64,000 bases of DNA. Source: an uncultured Chthonomonadaceae bacterium. Lineage in GTDB: Bacteria; Armatimonadota; Chthonomonadetes; Chthonomonadales; Chthonomonadaceae. The position numbers were made by a program, and so were the translations under genes. Positions 61,633-64,000 of the stretch are shown in pieces. Below the pieces are notes generated by a model that was given only the letters and a program-made list of their open reading frames with translations, was not told where the DNA came from and did no database searches. The stretch spans positions 576,001 through 640,000 of the forward strand of contig CAWFQB010000003.1 of the NCBI GenBank assembly GCA_963817895.1, in the 5' to 3' direction. How positions within the stretch are numbered: the first letter of the stretch is position 1; the number at the start of each line of letters is the position of its first letter.

Positions 61633-63068
61633 AGATCAAATTGAAAGGCGTAATTGGAATGTTTGACTCTGAAACATGTCCCGGTTGAAATGGCTGGCTG
61701 TGGCAACTATGGCGCTGGATGGCGCAGGGAGCGCAGGCCGCCCCGGAAACTGCCCGGAGCGCGGACAATTTTATCAACAGCATCGGCGTCTGTACCCACT
61801 GGAGCTATCCCGATACGCCCTACGGCTTTGCTTATGAGGGCGTAAAGCAGAAACTGCTGGAATCCGGTATCCGCCATATTCGCGATGGCTTCAGCCCGCG
61901 CCTTATGGAATTGGGAAAGGCGGGCATCAAAGTCGCCGTGAATCTGGACATGGACAACAATGAGGATGGCAACCCGGCAACTATTCAGCGTCTGCTCAAT
62001 CGCGTTAAGGAAGTAAATCGTCAGGCTGCCGTGATTGACGCCATAGAGGGGCCGAACGAACCGGATTTTTTCTGGGCCAGTTTCAAGAAGAGTTACAGGG
62101 GGCAGGGACACGCGCAGGGCGACAAAGGCATTATCAGCGGCGTGATCGCGTTTCAGAAAGACCTGTACAAAGCCGTGAAAAGCGACCCGGAAACCCGAAA
62201 CCTGCCGGTGTACGGCCCCGCGCTCGGTAAAACCTACGGGTACGACACGCGCTCGCCATACGGCAAAGGGATGCTGACGGACGCGGTAGATTACGGCAAT
62301 TTTCATCCGTATTGCGGCGGCAATCCGTTCAGCGTGCCGTTCGCTTACGCCGGAATCGAAAAATACTACTGGCAGGGCAATTTCCCGTCCGCCAATCTGG
62401 ATGAGTTCCCGTTTGCGTTCGATGTATACGCGCCGCCGTATGCGCCTAAACCGATGGTGGCGACCGAAACCGGCTATTCTACAGATCTGGGCGGCGTTTC
62501 AGAAGCCGCTCATGCCAAATACATGCCGCGTCTGTTTTGCGAGTATTTCCGCAAGGGGATCGCCCGCGCATACAGTTATGAGTTCGTGGACGAATTTGAG
62601 GACAAGGCGCAAACGAACCGCGAGGCCCATTTCGGCCTGCTGCGCCGTGACCTGACGCCCAAACCGGCGTATCAGGCCGTGAAAAATCTCATCGCCATAC
62701 TTCAGGATGGGGGAGCGCAGGCGGGATTTAAGCCGGGCAGTCTGGACATCAACATTCAGGTGACGGCGGTTCCCGGCTATGACCGGACGCAGTACGCGCA
62801 CCATCTGCTGCTGGAAAAGAAGAACGGCGACTTTTATTTGCTGTTGTGGCACGAGATCAGCGAGGAAGACACAAAGGAGACGCCGCACCGCCAGCTAAAT
62901 CCGCCCGCTCTGCCGGCAGTTGTATCCTTCCCGCCAAACATTGTTTCCGCAACCGTGTATACGCCCAATGATGGCATGGCAGGGCAGACGGCTCCAATTA
63001 CCAATCACGCGCTGAAGTTGAGCGTTCCCGATAAAGTGGTTCTGGTAAAATTGTCGTCGCGCCCGTGA
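61629..63068 (+). CDS. Secreted clan GH-A glycoside hydrolase (signal-peptide region probably frameshifted; main ORF 61719-63068)
   Basis: F..SIGV.TH, GIRHIRD, acid/base EGPNEPD, NFHPY, nucleophile ATETGY, FGLL..D.TPKPAY. Confidence 0.8.
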
Positions 63069-63124
63069 ACTGCGCATCAGAAGAAATTGAGTTGCGCATC
63101 AGAGAAAATTGGCGTAAAAACAAA

Positions 63125-63163
63125 GCGGCTCCGGCTACAAATCAGAGATTGTAGACGGAGCCG
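63125..63163. terminator. Hairpin between convergent genes
   Basis: gcggctccg.ctacaa...ttgtag.cggagccgc flanked by A-runs. Confidence 0.6.
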
Positions 63164-63182
63164 CAAAAACACAGGAACATGC

Positions 63183-64000
63183 TCAGGCTTTTACCGCCTG
63201 CTTCTTTTTGCGTTTGACGGCGACCAGTCCCCCCGCCGTCATGCCCGCCAGCATCAGCAGAGTGCCTGTTTCCGGCACAGCGGCTATGGCAAACTCTTCC
63301 ACGCGGTTGTTATTCAAGTCGGTTACAAAAACGTTTCCAGAGGTATCAACAGCAACGCCGTCCGCGCCCATGAACTGCCCATCGTCTGAGCCTGTAGTTC
63401 CAAACTGCGTAAGATAGCCGCCTGCGCTATCAAGTTGGATGACGCGGTTATGGCTAAAATCAGCGACAAACAGATTTCCCGTTCTTTGATCAACCGCAAT
63501 GCCGTTAGGATTAAAAGTGCCGGTTGAATCGGTAAAGGTTATGTTACGCTTGAACTGGTAATTGCCCCTTGCATCCGGGTCGAATTCCTCGATGCGATCC
63601 AGACCGCCGGAAACAAAGCCATTGTTCGGGTCGGTGACATAGATGTTGCCCGTTGTGTTGTTTACGGCGATGCGGAAAGGGAATTGAAACTGACCGTCGC
63701 CGGTGCCGTTCGAGCCTATTATGCTTTTAAAGGCAATGGTATTCCCGCCGACTCCACTGCTCGTGAAAAGCTGGACGCGGTTGTTGTTGTTATCCACAAC
63801 GAAAATGTTGCTGCCGTTGACAGTCACATCGGTCGGGGCGCTGAATTGTCCGTTGGCGTTGCCCATCGTGCCGAACTGGGTCACGTAGGTGCCGCTGTTG
63901 TCGAATTTCTGTACGCGGCTATTTGCGTCATCGGCGACAAAAATGTTGCTGCCATCCGTACCCAACCCAAGCGACGACATAGCAATCTGGCCGTTGCCAC
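63183..64000 (-). CDS. NHL-repeat PEP-CTERM protein (5' end outside the window)
   Basis: Repeats of G...GQF..P.G.AVD..GN.FV.D..N.RV; C-terminal VPETGT, TM helix, KRKKK. Confidence 0.9.
   Translation of the reverse strand, partial: GNGQIAMSSLGLGTDGSNIFVADDANSRVQKFDNSGTYVTQFGTMGNANGQFSAPTDVTVNGSNIFVVDNNNNRVQLFTSSGVGGNTIAFKSIIGSNGTGDGQFQFPFRIAVNNTTGNIYVTDPNNGFVSGGLDRIEEFDPDARGNYQFKRNITFTDSTGTFNPNGIAVDQRTGNLFVADFSHNRVIQLDSAGGYLTQFGTTGSDDGQFMGADGVAVDTSGNVFVTDLNNNRVEEFAIAAVPETGTLLMLAGMTAGGLVAVKRKKKQAVKA

Noticed and set aside
452..61720. Calling split genes pseudogenes or programmed frameshifts
   Set aside because: Essential genes are affected, the indels vary in direction and context, and no shared slippery motif is visible.

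Overview
GC-rich bacterial chromosome segment, most consistent with a diderm Armatimonadota-like organism. That assignment is inferred from the PEP-CTERM proteins, a BTAD-NB-ARC-TPR regulator, a dockerin-like secreted protein and a Terrabacteria-style outer-membrane cluster. About 1-33 kb is a mixed accessory/housekeeping region: PEP-CTERM proteins, a PAS kinase, a DUF3644/HEPN-like gene, a GH4 alpha-galactosidase, a sterol-desaturase-family gene, a SARP regulator followed by a globin, an ABC-type ATPase paired with a PD-(D/E)xK-like protein, aroF, a VapBC-like pair, murJ, a family B DNA polymerase, an S53 peptidase, a Tat-secreted beta-propeller, UDG, HIT, AKR and lipA. About 33.9-61.7 kb is a large outer-membrane/LPS cluster: tamB, ECF sigma, bamA, two skp-like genes, lpxD, lpxC, fabZ, lpxA, lpxB, msbA, DUF374, waaA, lpxK, an LpxL-family acyltransferase, GT9, a Kdo hydroxylase, GT9, GT4 and an rmd-like gene. 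Roughly 20 genes, including essential ones, are split by 1-2 nt indels, which points to long-read consensus error rather than true pseudogenes. Two repeat systems recur. One is a five-copy REP/REPIN-like palindromic family. The other is 7-9-mer short tandem repeats that sit inside coding sequences as well as between genes. No CRISPR array, tRNA, rRNA or transposase was recognised. All calls are from motif reading only; no database searches were run.
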